Shown here: piece by piece, positions 13,856 through 26,576 of the stretch
How positions within the stretch are numbered: the first letter of the stretch is position 1
How the letters are laid out: the number at the start of each line of letters is the position of its first letter
Assembly (NCBI GenBank): GCA_000320545.1
Contig: ADNK01002103.1
Span: forward strand, 1 to 64,000
Reading direction: 5' to 3'
DNA: 64,000 bases
Origin: Bigelowiella natans CCMP2755
Taxonomy: Eukaryota; Protista; Cercozoa
Program-made: the position numbers and the translations under genes
The notes under the pieces: generated by a model
What the model was told of the DNA's origin: nothing
What the model saw: the letters and a program-made list of their open reading frames with translations, nothing else
Database searches by the model: none

Positions 13856-14728
13856 TAACTCCTTCTCCAACAACAACAACAACTTAAACTTCTCTACCTG
13901 GGAATCTGGATCTGCGGGGTTTTCGGGAGGTGGAGGAGGAATGTCCTCATCTCAGCAGCAGGGGGGTGTATTGAGCGGCCCCCCCCCTCTCACGCCATTC
14001 CGCCAGCCTTCGCAACAGGACATCTTGGCAGCGCTCAGGGTGATTTCCACGGTGATTGCGAGAGGCGAGGCAGCTCCGATCGATGCAAAAGAGAGCAGCG
14101 CGACAGCAGCACAGGACCAAAAGGATGCCCCTCCTCCTACTTCTTCATCATCAGGGGATTCGAACGAGTTTAAAGGGGCTGTTCGGGTGCTGCAAAGGGT
14201 GGGTGATGTTCCCCGTGTTTGTATGTGTTTGTAGTGCGCGGCAACAGCAGCATAGAAAACAAGCTAGTAGTCTCTTCCATCACCCCGTGTCGTTCCTATT
14301 AATGCAATCTATATCATCCACAAAATGAAGAAGATGACGACGACTGTATTGTCTTTATATCTACTAGACGATCACAGTCTTCACCGAGCTGCTACCGTTG
14401 TCGCGGCGGCTAGAAGAGGCCCTGGGAGCAGCAGCACAACTACAGCAGCACGATTCAAAAACGAATGACAACGCAGAAGAATTAAATCGCCTTTCTAGGA
14501 CAGTAGGGGTCAGTAGTGGGACACCATTAAATGAGTAGGGGGAATGCATAGTAGGAAAAAATTCAGGTGGGGGTGGCGGTGGGGTAAGTTAAGTTGTGGA
14601 AAGGAGATCGAGGCACTGGCAACTTGTCGTCATTCTTACAACAACAAATCACTTGTCATTCTTGCTGTCTCCGATTCACTCACAACAACGGAGTGTAGCT
14701 ACATGTCAACATGCATGCACATTAAATG

Positions 14729-14774
<46 letters not shown>

Positions 14775-17117
14775 ACGATGTGTCGTGTGCGCAGACCGCA
14801 ATGCGAAGGCTAGGTCCTGTTTTCACTCACACTGGAAGGCTCCTAAGCTCAGTCAACTTGGCTGCCAACCCCCCTGACCTTTCGACTCGCATTCCTAATT
14901 TCTCTGGGGTTCCGCACACAGCCACAGGGTAAGTAAGAGTAAGCAAGCTTCGTGTTATCATAGTAGCCGTGCACCGCTTAAATCCAGCAATTCTCCTGAA
15001 GATTCGGCATCTTATCTACCTCTTACAACGTGTTGTTTGGCTCTAACTACTACATACACATAATAACGATAATGATGATTATTATTGTTGTTGTTGTTAT
15101 CTATCCCCCCCCCTGTTCTTCTCGCAGTGCGACGATTCACATCCAGACTACTACCAGCAACATAGGACCATCCTCTGCGGCTGCTGATACAACAACAACA
15201 ACTACTACTACTACTACTACTGCTGCTGCAAGCGGGACTCCAAATACGACGACGACATCTGCACCAGATGCCTCAAATGCTCAGCCGGGAGCATCATCAT
15301 CATCATCATCATCAACAACAACAATAGCAACAACAACAATGAATCATGGTGGTGGAATAGGAGGAGCAGCAGCAGGAGGAGGAGGAGGAGGAGGAGGAAG
15401 ACGAATGGGAGGTGCAAATGCACCCAACCCCGCCCTATTGGTTAGTCGACCTTCATTTAGTTAGCAGACCTTCATGCATGCATGTCATGCAGCAGAACGC
15501 TTGTTCAGACACACAACCCACAAGCACACACTCTTCATTTCACACACGAACTACTCGTTACTCTATAATTCCAAATCATCAGTAACCCTCCTTTTTTATG
15601 TTGGAAGTTGTGCCTCCTGCTGCTACTGCTGCTGCTGCTGCTTCCACCGCCACCACCACCCTCCCTCTGCCCTCCCCCCCCCCCAAATATCTAACCACCA
15701 CATCCCTCCCCCCATCCGATCCAGATGGCGCAAATGGGGCCATTGCTAAGTCAGATGGGACCCCTCGTCTCGTCCATGCTTTCCGGTGGCAGTGGAGCCG
15801 GTAGTCGGGGGGGGGGCGGAGGAGGAGGAGGAGGAGGCAACGTCGGGGTCCACATCGGAGCATCAAGAAGCAACTCCAACGCAAGTAGTGCGGGTAGTAG
15901 CAGCAGCATGAGTGGGACTAATAGCAATACAGCACCATCTTCAGGAGAAGGGGGAGGAGGAGGAGGAGCAGCAGCAGCAGCAGCAGCAGCAGCATCTGGT
16001 GGCTCTAGCTCTAGCGACGTCCCACCTTTCTCCTCGTCAGGAGGCCGAGGAGGGAGGGGCAGGGGAGGGGGGGGAGGAAGGGGAGCTGCTACCCCTCCGA
16101 TTGATATCTCTGGCCTAATGGGTAGGAAGTGTTGTAGTAGAGTCAGTGGGTGAATAGTGGGTGAGTGAGTGTGTGTGTGTGTGCGTTTGTGTGTGCGTTT
16201 GTGTGTGCGTTTCGTCTTCCTTTGGTTGCATACCAACTACAAAGACAGCTTATATCAGAGCAGAGCTACTTTTGTTTTATGGGAGAGTCTTAGTAGATGA
16301 CGATGATGATGATGATGATGATGATGATGACGATGATGATGACGATGAAAACTACAATTCTCATCACAGCGTCTTCTCGATGATAATGATGCTCTCCCCC
16401 TCCCCTTCCACCACAGGTGGGCTATTGGGTTCTTTATCTCAAGGCCGAGGAGGAGGAGGAAGGGGTGGGGGGGGGGCAGGAGTCCCTCCTGGGATGGCAC
16501 AGATGCTGAATATGATGGGTGGCAAACACACTTCTTTCATTTCATATTATGCCAATAAGAATACACCTCTTTCTTCTTTAAAGTGTAAAAACATGCTAAT
16601 ACGGCGACCTGCTCAGGCCCCATGCTCTCATCCCTGGGCCGCGGAGGACGTGGAGGAGGAAGAGGAGGAAGAGGGGGGGGCAGCAGTAGCAGTAGTAGTC
16701 AAGGAGGAGCGGCTGCTGCTGCTGGGGGGGGGTTGGGAGGATTACTCTCCATGGTGGGGCCAATGCTTAGCGGCATGACGGGAGGAAGGGGGATGGGTGG
16801 GAGAGGCAGAGGAATGGGGGGAGCGGGGGGCATTGGGGGTCTTCTCCAGATGGTGAGTAGCATCTTGCCAGGGGTTCTTGGGCCTCAGGCCCTCTCCATG
16901 CCCATCGGAACATTGCTGGAACAGGTACAGCAAGTAGTAGTAGTAGTACTAGCAGTAGTAGTAGTGGATGAATCAATGATAATAATAATAATGATGATGA
17001 TGATGATGATGATATTAAATGGAGTGAGGAGGAGGATGCATAGAGGCTGGTGCGAAGAGAGGTCGAAGAGAGATTTCTCCCCCTTGATCATCATCGTCAT
17101 TATCACGACAACGACTT

Positions 17118-17151
<34 letters not shown>

Positions 17152-17593
17152 CAAGATATCACAGGGAGCTGTAGAGTCCCTACGAGAAGACGTTACTGGA
17201 AGGTGCTGATGTTTCTCTACCTAGTCGTCTTTCTTTCTTCGTCTGCTGCTGCTGTACTGCCAGAAACAACAACAACAACTACTACAACAACAGCAGCAGC
17301 AACAATTACGACCGAATTCTTCCCCCCCTCCCTCAGGAATGCAATGCGTTCTAAGAATGAGAGGAGCGTGTTTGTTGCCCGTGCCATAGCGAGAAGAACC
17401 GTGTTTTGATCTTTGAGAGCCGCCCCAAATCAACGATGTTTGCTAAATAGTAAATCTCACTGATGTCACTAATGCGGCGTGTTGTTATTACTACTACTAC
17501 TACTATTCGAAAACAGGCTCTTTGTGGCCTTTTTGCAGCTGAACGTAACACAAGCCATGGCGCTGCTACGAGGGTTGGTGGTGTTCGCGATGC

Positions 17594-17627
<34 letters not shown>

Positions 17628-17863
17628 CATGTGTCATATTTTCTTTTTCCCTCTGCTTCTTCTTTTCCACCGCAATCGGGTACTACTACGATAAATGAAC
17701 CACTGCTACTCTCCTGGCCAATAACAATGCATGTTCTTCAGTGATCCAGCACCTCTCAACGCTATCTGCTCGGACCTAAAGGCAGCCGCCAAAGATCTCA
17801 TTCGAGGACGGAGGAAAAGCCATGAGGAGGGGGAGGAGAAGGACGAGGAGGACGACGAAGAGG

Positions 17864-17905
<42 letters not shown>

Positions 17906-17913
17906 AGACAGAC

Positions 17914-17955
<42 letters not shown>

Positions 17956-18507
17956 CATGAACAGTACATCCACACAAAGACAGGTATATACCACCACATA
18001 TGATTGTTGTTACTCATGCAGTAGCAATGCGTCATCAACCTGATCACCAACCTCATCATCATCATCATCATCATATCTATCAAATACGACATCAGAGCAC
18101 GAGAGAGGCCAGAGCTGAAGCTGCTGCTAGCGTGGCGAAGTCGTTATTAGGTACCATCGGGAGTCCTTAGCCATCGTAAAGCGCATCATACCCTGTCTTC
18201 ATCATCTTCCTCCTCCTCCTCTTCTTCTTCTTCTTCATCTAATTCTCGACACTTCTGCTGCCAGAATCACTCGTGCTTGATGATGATGATTTTGAGGAAG
18301 GAAAGGTAATAATAAAGCTATGAGTTTGTAGTGGTGGTGGCAGTGGTGATGAGGATGGTGAGGATGATGATGACGATGTATAGCAGCAGCAGCAGCAGCA
18401 GCAGCAAAACCATCGGCATGGGATTGGGCAGGAAAAAAGGGCCGAGCCGCGATGGAATCAATCTCCTCCTCCTCCTCCTCCTCATCATCATCATCATCAT
18501 TATCCTC

Positions 18508-18541
<34 letters not shown>

Positions 18542-19388
18542 TCTCTCTCTCTCTCTCTCTTTCTCTCTTTCTCTCTCCCTCTCCTCTCCCTTAAAATCGT
18601 CGCCATCATTGTCGTCTTCGTCGTCGTCAATAAGGATCCTCGAGAATACTGTCTGGAGGGACTGACGGCTACGATTTCGGGCATCCTGGAGGCGTTGGTG
18701 GGGTCTGAAGCCCTGCCACCACCGCAGTTTGGCCCTGATTTGATGAGGTTTGTGGTAGATGAGATGATGCGAGAGATGATATGTGAATCAATCAATGAAC
18801 ACTACAACGACCGGCGTGTGTCAATTTTATAGTATTCTTTGATTTATTCCTGAAATTCGTTGATCTTTCTGGCCATGCCACGCCTCCTCCTCCTCCCAAC
18901 GTGATGATCACAATGCAACACCATCTTTCGTCTGATTCACCTCATGAACGATCGCATTCCCAACATATTCTGATTGGCTGCTTGGCTTATTGCGCAAGGA
19001 AAGAAAGATCTATAGGACTACTACTACTACAACTACTACTACTACCGCATTGTGATGGGGCTGTCACTTACTTCACTCTTGTGTTTTGTTTGTTGTCGTT
19101 GCGTATAGGCGAGCGAAGAAGGGCGCGGGTCGCTTCTTCCTGCAGCTGGAACAGTGCTTAAAGTAATGAATTTTATGCACGACTTTGGCAAGCAAGCGCG
19201 CACACACACACACACACACACACAAACACAAGTACACACTAATGACGAAAACATTTGACAATGCTAATCAATCAGGACATGTTGCCATTATTATCATTTA
19301 TCATCACCATCACCACCACCATCATCATCATCATCATTATCATCCCGACATAAAGTAGGAATAGTGCTGATGATACTGACAATATGTT

Positions 19389-19431
<43 letters not shown>

Positions 19432-20526
19432 CGCACGCGCGCGTCTTCTAGAAACGGCGAGGCCGGTGTAAAGCGAGTGATTTGTGTGTCAGCCACCAAT
19501 TATCTTGCAGGCGATGGAGAACTAGGTAGCGTTAGTAGTAAGAGTAGAAGAAGTAGTAGTAGTAGTAAATAGTCGTACCTAGTGATTGTGGTAGTAGTAG
19601 TAGTAAGTACAGTAGCAGTCGTTGTTGTAGTAGTAGTTGTAGTAAGGAGCAAGAAGAGGGGTGGGTCCTCGGATCGGTATATCGACTGTATGGAGCTCAT
19701 AGGTCTGCATAATCGGTATATACTGTGAGGGGCGCCAGTAGTGCAAGTAACATGATAAGAATGTGATGCTAACTCCCCCCCCTCTCCTCCCCCCCCCCAG
19801 GAGATGCAGCAGCGTTGGTGTCCAACTTCATATCGAGGGTGTTGCAGGTACGCTGAGGGTAGACTCGGCTTCTACACACTGATCCCCCCCCCCCGCCCGC
19901 CGAATTGCATGTGATTTTAATTTTTGACGGTATTATTCAAATTGTGGTGAGTTTCACTTGACCCTGTTGCCCCCCTTCTCCGTCTGCTATCTGTCGCAAA
20001 TGACAACGACGATAACTCTCCTCCATCATCATCATCCTCATCATCATCATCATCAATATCATCATCATCTTCATCATCATCACCATCATTATCGTCATCT
20101 CCCAGCAAGGGGTAGGTAGCATAATGGCCGCTGCTCGAGAGGAAGAGCAGGGAGAGGGGACGAGCGATGCCGCTGATGGCAAGAACAATGGTAGTAAGCT
20201 GCTAATACTACTCCGCTTCTCCCTGACAGGGAGGAGGAGGAGGAGGAGGAAGATTTGTGGCAGTACATAACATATATGAATCATCATCTCAAAACATAAC
20301 ATCATTCCTTCCCTCTCCCCGTCACAACGAAGATAGAGAGGAATCATAGCTTTGGTGCATATTTGAATGCGTGAAATCCGCCACCCCCCTCCCCTTGCTC
20401 TGGATTTCGAATCAGGTACTAATGAAAAACACTATGAGACCGCCCCTCGCCCAGCGTCGACGCCATCGTCATCGTCGTCATCGTCGCGTTCCGGGTGGAT
20501 GGAGCATCTGAGCCCTGATGAAAGGA

Positions 20527-20561
<35 letters not shown>

Positions 20562-21154
20562 AAAATTAGTAGTAGTAGCAATGAAAAGTGATTGTCCTAA
20601 GTAACGCTTCAATATGTGAGAGGCGATGGAGGAGGGGGTGGGGTTGGACGTCGCTCTTGTTCTCGCCCGCCCACTTACCCGTTTCCTCCTCCTTATGTCA
20701 TCACTGCGTTTGCTTTTGATGATGATGTGCGCGCGTGCGTACCGTCTCGATCTGCGCCTTACCCAGTAATAGCATCATAAAGACGACAAAATTTTCTTTA
20801 TCATCATCGTCACCGTCATCTTCATCGTCATCATTGTCATCATCGTCATCATCGTCATCATTGCCATCAGCAATGGTCGCGGGTGATTTCACGCGACGTC
20901 AAACGCCAGCAATCCGCAAGACCAAGGTCACATAGCAGGTAATGACAACGATAGAGTAGTATTTAATTTACTCTAGAAGCAAATCGCTGAATTGTTTTAC
21001 CAAGCACCGATCGATTAATTGTTGGTTATTTGATTCATTGCATTGATTGTCTCCCAGAGCGTATGAATCTGGGGGGCCAAACGCCAAGCGTCGAAGAGTA
21101 GGAGGCGGAAGAAGAGGAGGAGAGGCTGCAGCGGAGAGGTTGAAAACAAATTGA
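12602..21154 (+). CDS. BAG6: BAG6/Scythe-like protein: N-terminal ubiquitin-like domain, long Gly/Ser low-complexity middle, C-terminal BAG6 domain with NLS
   Basis: UBL exons VTLK/VKTLGGGNHEIQVDAK/..LKQIVAEKTNVPVENQRIIFHGK/VLKDDKDISSYGMVDGNALHVVRRPPP. C-terminal GWMEHLSPDERK/QWSRVISRDVKRQ..SR/AYESGGPNAKRRR matches the BAG6 W..II.QD...SDAYLSGMPAKRRK motif. True start codon not located. Confidence 0.8.
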
Positions 21155-21249
21155 ATGACAATCCAGGATCGATCGTGTATTATCATAGGTAGGACGCTAA
21201 GAATCTTCTGCTTTTCGTATCAATTAGAAAGTCAAACGGGGATGTACAA

Positions 21250-23600
21250 GCATCGTCGCACGACACAAGTGGCAGTGGCTCCACCGATCTGCCGTTCGGG
21301 GGGCGGGCACGCAAGGATAGACCTGATTCTCACTGAGAAATCAAAGCTCAAAATACATGACGTTTTTCCCGCTGAACTCGGAGTGCATGCTCTAGATATC
21401 ATGCAGTACGCAATACATACACTTTGTTCCTCAGCATCGAAAACGGACATGAATGTGCTATCGTGTGTATTTTTCACGTTCGTACACATGTATGAGTGTA
21501 TGCATCTTTCTCTTTCCGGTCCCGATATCTTGAATGAGCCGTCAGACAAAACAAACATGTATACAATATGTGTTGATTGCCCATGTGGTACATCGCTTGT
21601 TGCCACAACTCTGCTGCAGCGCAATAGACACAAGAAATGCAAACACATCTAGACATGTAGGCGGCCCCAGTGTTGCACAGCACTCAGCACTTCCTGAGGC
21701 TGTCCCATTTCGTTTGCACACGCTACAGCTGCGATACAGATACGATGCACACAGCCATGCACAGTCATGCGCCAATAAATAACTGTGTCTGTTGTCAGCT
21801 CAATGAGGAACACATCGAGCTGTTTCTATATAATATCGCATGACAGTCTCTACACACATCTAGACATGTTTGCATTCAGCAAGCTAGATTGTCATCATGC
21901 ATGACATCACATTAGAGCATAGCAGCTATTACTAGGTTGTTGTACACATGACTAGAGGAGTATAACAAAATCATGATGTAAAAACGCACTACGAAGCTGT
22001 GTTCTACATCAGTTCACATGGTGACGTGCCTAGTTCAGGTACGCATTTGCTGTCACAACAAGCTTGCATGGCTTGTATGTATGACGTGACAGTGCCAAGA
22101 GAAGTACGTGTGTCGTGTCATGTCGGATAACAGCATACTACTTGCCTAAGACAGTGGGTCAACTCTCACATATGCTTACTTCATGTCCACTCTTTAGACC
22201 GCATATTATATCGTGGACACCGAAATGCATCGACCGTTGGCATGCGAAGTTTCTGGAACAAAAATTCGAGGAGAACACAAGGAAAACTGACACCCGGCAA
22301 CATGAAGGTTACGTGTTTGTGCACGTCTCCCATGTGGTTCTTGCTCATGTAGTTTGCATCAATACTTCTTCCAATGTTCAATGTTCAATGTTCAATGTTG
22401 GATGAGGTCCATCTTTCCCACCCGGGCAGCAAATGGGATGACCGGAATGGCAATCGCCGCAACCATTGAATCGCCGTGGACAACGCTCTGCAAGCAAGCG
22501 ATCGCATTGCACGTTGCATGTGCTGGGCCACAGCGGTGAGTTCGCCATGCATCGCGCTGCCTCAGTGTTTGACACGTTACCGTTCTTTGTCAAGTGAGGG
22601 GTGGAGTGACAATGATCGTGACGCAAGCTGCTAGCTGGCATGGATTGGTGCTGTGCGCGCGCACGGGTGAGACAAACTTGTTTGCACGACACAACCAGCA
22701 TCAGAAGTGCCAGAGCGAACGAGTTATGAATGAAGTTGTGTGCAAAGTGATTCTGACAATCACGGGGGGGGACATGAGAACACAGTCTTTGTCGTGAGTC
22801 GCATCCTGGTGTTCACTTCGGAAATCGATCTTTCCTTGGGCGTCAACTTGAATGAAGTGACTCCAATGGAGCAGTTGAAAGAATCATGGAATGTAGCAAC
22901 TCATCCATACCCTGCTCGTTAGACCGCTAGCGTGGCAAAGGTGGTCGTGCTGCGAATCAGGCGACCTCACATTGCTAGATTGCAAAATTGTCACAGCTTG
23001 CCATGCTAATCGATGGGTAATGATGCGCAATTTTAAGTATATATAAGTCAATTTCAATCAGAACGTCGAATGAGCGCAATGTGATGCACGCGAACATCTT
23101 ATGCTCCAGGTGCTCAATGCAGTGGATGGACCGACACACGGTGTGTCATCATTATATCATGCACGTGCAGTTTTCATCACACATTACTCTGTTTCGTGCA
23201 GCCGCCAATAGTGCACACAGCTCGTAGCACGACCATGGACAAATATCATTAGATGCGACGAGGACACACACACATCTAACTACGCACGCACATGTTGTCA
23301 TCATTGCTTGAAAGTTAGACAAAGACACAGTAATGCAATATATGTAGAATATCTGTCACATTACATGTCTCAACATTAGCGCTGTAGCCACTGCATTGCA
23401 CAGCTACATAAGGATGACCATTGAACAAATTTAATTGATTAACTACATCCGTCTTACATGTCTATAGTGCTTGCTCAAAAGGACTTGCATTGGCCCTCCA
23501 GCTTGCTGGCCCAAAAATATGATCAAAGTTGCCTGTTTGCCCAGATTATTCATTTGTATTGAAAGCATGCGTACCCCTCATTCGCGTGCGTGTTTGCAGT
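21250..23600. other. Convergent intergenic zone 3 (largest)
   Basis: Same composition, between BAG6 (+) and hypothetical (-); contains copy B and a strongly TpA-depleted core. Confidence 0.75.
23377..23458 (+). repeat. Conserved intergenic bipartite element, copy B
   Basis: tagcgctgtagccactgcattgcacagctacataaGGATGACCATTGAA-N18-TACATCCGTCTTACA. Confidence 0.92.
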
Positions 23601-23625
23601 AGCTACCATTATCTCAACAAGTAAT

Positions 23626-24384
23626 CTATGACTGGAAATGATCATTCTTCATCGTGCCGCTCTCCGTTTGGACATCCTGGAGGTGTTCGGGCAACTGATT
23701 TACAATGAAAATAAATGCTGGAGATGTATGCGATAAACCCACGTCACATCATTAAACGTGTTAATTCGAACCTATGGTGCATTCATCGAAGCAAGTAACC
23801 CTCTCATCGTCAAGCATGAGGATCTTTGACATTGGGTCGAACAAAGCGATTTCGTTTTCAACAATAGCACAACGATTCTTATGATAGAAGTCATCCGTTG
23901 CAAACTTACTCTGGAAAAAAATGTGAGAGTTAACAGTAAAAACCATCGCTTATTTGCATAGACAAACCCGCTCTTGCATTGCATCAATCAGAAGTATATT
24001 GTTCCTATGTTATCAACCAAAAAATATCAAAAATTATTCCAATGTCAGTTGATATGCCTCCTACTTTCGATCGGTTGCAAGCTCCTCTATTCGTTTCTTC
24101 ACGTTCTTGTTCACTCCAACAAAAACATGGTGCGGTCCGTTTTTATTCCTCCACAGCCATACCCAGGGCCACACTTCCAATCCTCGCTCGAATTCGGCGA
24201 CGAGGACTTTCAGGTCTTCCACTTTCGGCTTCCGAATGTAAAGGTCATAATCGGCTACGGTTTGACCTGGAAATCCTCCTTCGGCCCCTTCTGCGAAAGA
24301 CTCATGTTGCCATCGAACAATCGAGCAAGCCAACGCTCCACTCGTTGCGAACGAAGCGGAGCCCATGAGAATCCTCCGCCACAT
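23626..24384 (-). CDS. Hypothetical protein, possibly mitochondrion-targeted
   Basis: MWRRILMGSASFATSGALAC... leader. Globular-looking exons EFERGLEVWPWVWLWRNKNGPHHVFVGV and NRCAIVENEIALFDPMSKILML. The last exon is inferred. Confidence 0.6.
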
Positions 24385-24850
24385 CGGTTGAGAGAAGGAA
24401 ACTTGTGGCAGTGGGGACGTCGTCCTTGGACTCCGAAATATCGTCAGCTGGATTCCGAAACCGGATCAGAGCTCCTACGAGTAGGTTCTTCCTACTGAAA
24501 ATAAAAACACGCGACAACTAGTTTAACATGCAAAGGCTGCAAGATGCCCGGTTGCTTAGCACTCATTCAATGAACCGGTTCTCTTGGAACAACCAGTAAA
24601 ACACATGGCGTTTTCTCCCTACGACAAACATCTCTACTTTTTGACTTCCATCTAAGTTCCGTCCGAGAAGAGAACAGGACAGGGGGGGGGGAAACCAAAC
24701 TGTCACCAGACAGGAAGGATCACAGCGGCTGGCACGTAGAAAAGGAGAACTCTAATATCCATCATTTTAGCTCGCAGTCTGCAGGTCGAGGTAACAGAAA
24801 GGGGGGCTCGCTGCAGGAAACCTCTAGTTACTGTTCAGACACCTCAATGT

Positions 24851-25313
24851 ATTACGACACACAGAGAAAGCCCGAACTGAGGTAGTAGCTTGTAAATAAG
24901 CCTAGAAAGAAGCCTAAGGCCAAGATTGGGCATTTGTGTTTCTGTGACACACTCAATAGCGTATGCCTCGAACTGGCAAAATAAGACGCAAGGTGCATCG
25001 AGACTCCTCAGCTGACATACCAATAGATCTCGAGATAGACTTCATCCCTCGAGACAATCCCAAACCAAATTTTCATGCGGAGGGATTTCAGTTTACTGTA
25101 ATAAATCCAGAGTGGATTGTTCCCATACGAACTGCTCGTTCACGCCCATCTATACCCGCAGCAGAAAATAAGAGATGTGTTTTGCATCTGCTGAAAGCAA
25201 GACAGCTCGACAAAGAGAAGGAAAACATGTGTTGGAGCTATGAGCCTAAAGTAAGATCACGTGGGAGTTGCTATTTGCTATTTAATCTTTTATGTTGCTG
25301 CTGGGGAAGTTAG
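24851..25313 (+). CDS. Short hypothetical protein
   Basis: 116-aa ORF 24963-25313 with plus-strand splice signals either side (acceptor ~24959, donor gtaaga ~25251). No homology recognised. Confidence 0.33.
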
Positions 25314-25329
25314 GCCAAGGCGTTGTCAG

Positions 25330-26164
25330 ATAGCCTAAATGTATCAAGACAGTATGATGTTGCTCTAAACAAGCCATACGATGCCGCTGCATTCATCGTA
25401 GCATGCGCATTATTAAGAATCGTAGGCAAATGCACATTAAAATATATTCTTTGGATTTTGAAGATACGCAAGATACAGTTTTCCAAATAATTATACCTTG
25501 TAAATTTGTCTGAATGGCTTGTAAATGCCCAGCGGTAAAGGACGTAACAAGCGCTTGTTGCTTGTTTAGACAGAGCGTTAGCTATCTTACATACAGCGTA
25601 AAACAAAGCATGTGCCTATGTATGATATTAATCTGTGCGTGGCTGCATTGATGACAGGCTGCTGTAGTGACGCTACGCGTGCATGGTTAGATCTAGCTAG
25701 CTAGAGATAGTGTGATTGCGAAATAGTGTCGCCATGCAGCGATGCCAATGTGGCGCATTGTACAATGTTAGTTAGACAGCACTATTACGTAGTTCATTTT
25801 TGCCTAGATTGTGCTAATTGAGATGGAAGCCTAAACATCTACATCTAGATACATGTGTATTTATTATTAATGCAACATGCACGTATACATGCATCATGTG
25901 CATGAAGCGAGCTAGCGAGCACTAGAGCACATGCATGAGCTCACATTAACACACATCACACGACACACACGCACATATAGCTAGAGCATTCTCTACAAAT
26001 GTGTCTAGATGTGCAAAACGTACGCAATAAACAAACACAATCTTATAGCGCTGTAGCCGCTACATACATTGCATGGTCACATTGCTAGATTGGGATGACC
26101 ATTGAAAAATAGTAATAATTTCATTGTATCCGTCTCATGATGCACACATCATGCCTAGATATGC

Positions 26165-26170
<6 letters not shown>
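25330..26170. other. Convergent intergenic zone 4
   Basis: CTAG/CATG/TGCA-rich; contains copy C. Confidence 0.7.
26046..26137 (+). repeat. Conserved intergenic bipartite element, copy C
   Basis: tagcgctgtagccgct...GGATGACCATTGAA-N18-TgtATCCGTCTCA. Confidence 0.88.
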
Positions 26171-26215
<45 letters not shown>

Positions 26216-26576
26216 TGTGTGTGCCACAATCGAGCAATTCGCGCTTCATGGAGATTAATATGTAAAGAAATGGTCATCGAAAATGTCACTAAGTTGTAGT
26301 TTTAATTTTGACAACTGAAATAAACACTTACAAAAAAGGTTGGATTTATGTTGAATTGCGTTTCTGGTCAACACTGCTTTACATTCTACTGAGCTTTCTT
26401 ATCAAAATTCAATGATCAAGTATAACGTATACAAAGTAATGCGAGTGTATTTTTGATTCGTGCTTATCTGTAACCAAGAATATTCTTTACCAAAAGTGAT
26501 ATGGGAGGTATCACCTTGAAGAACCAACGCCTCATTAGCCTTCAAATTTCATGAATGACTTTTCACACAAAATCTT

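Noticed and set aside
16515-16530. Possible GC-AG intron donor in BAG6
   Set aside because: A GT donor three bases upstream gives the same phase, so a non-canonical site is not required.
14596-20347. Many ORFs with poly-YI, CV, HT, LS, M or L tracts
   Set aside because: They are translations of intronic microsatellites or antisense of low-complexity exons.
21155-21782. Overlapping Cys/His-rich ORFs resembling zinc fingers
   Set aside because: They are a by-product of CA/TG-rich, TpA-poor (hence stop-poor) zone composition, and the spacing fits no finger family.
23377-23458. Bipartite element as CRISPR repeat, tRNA/SINE or C/D snoRNA
   Set aside because: Copies are dispersed kilobases apart in a eukaryote. 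I see no cloverleaf or A/B boxes, no poly-A tail, and no proper C (RUGAUGA)/D (CUGA) box pair.
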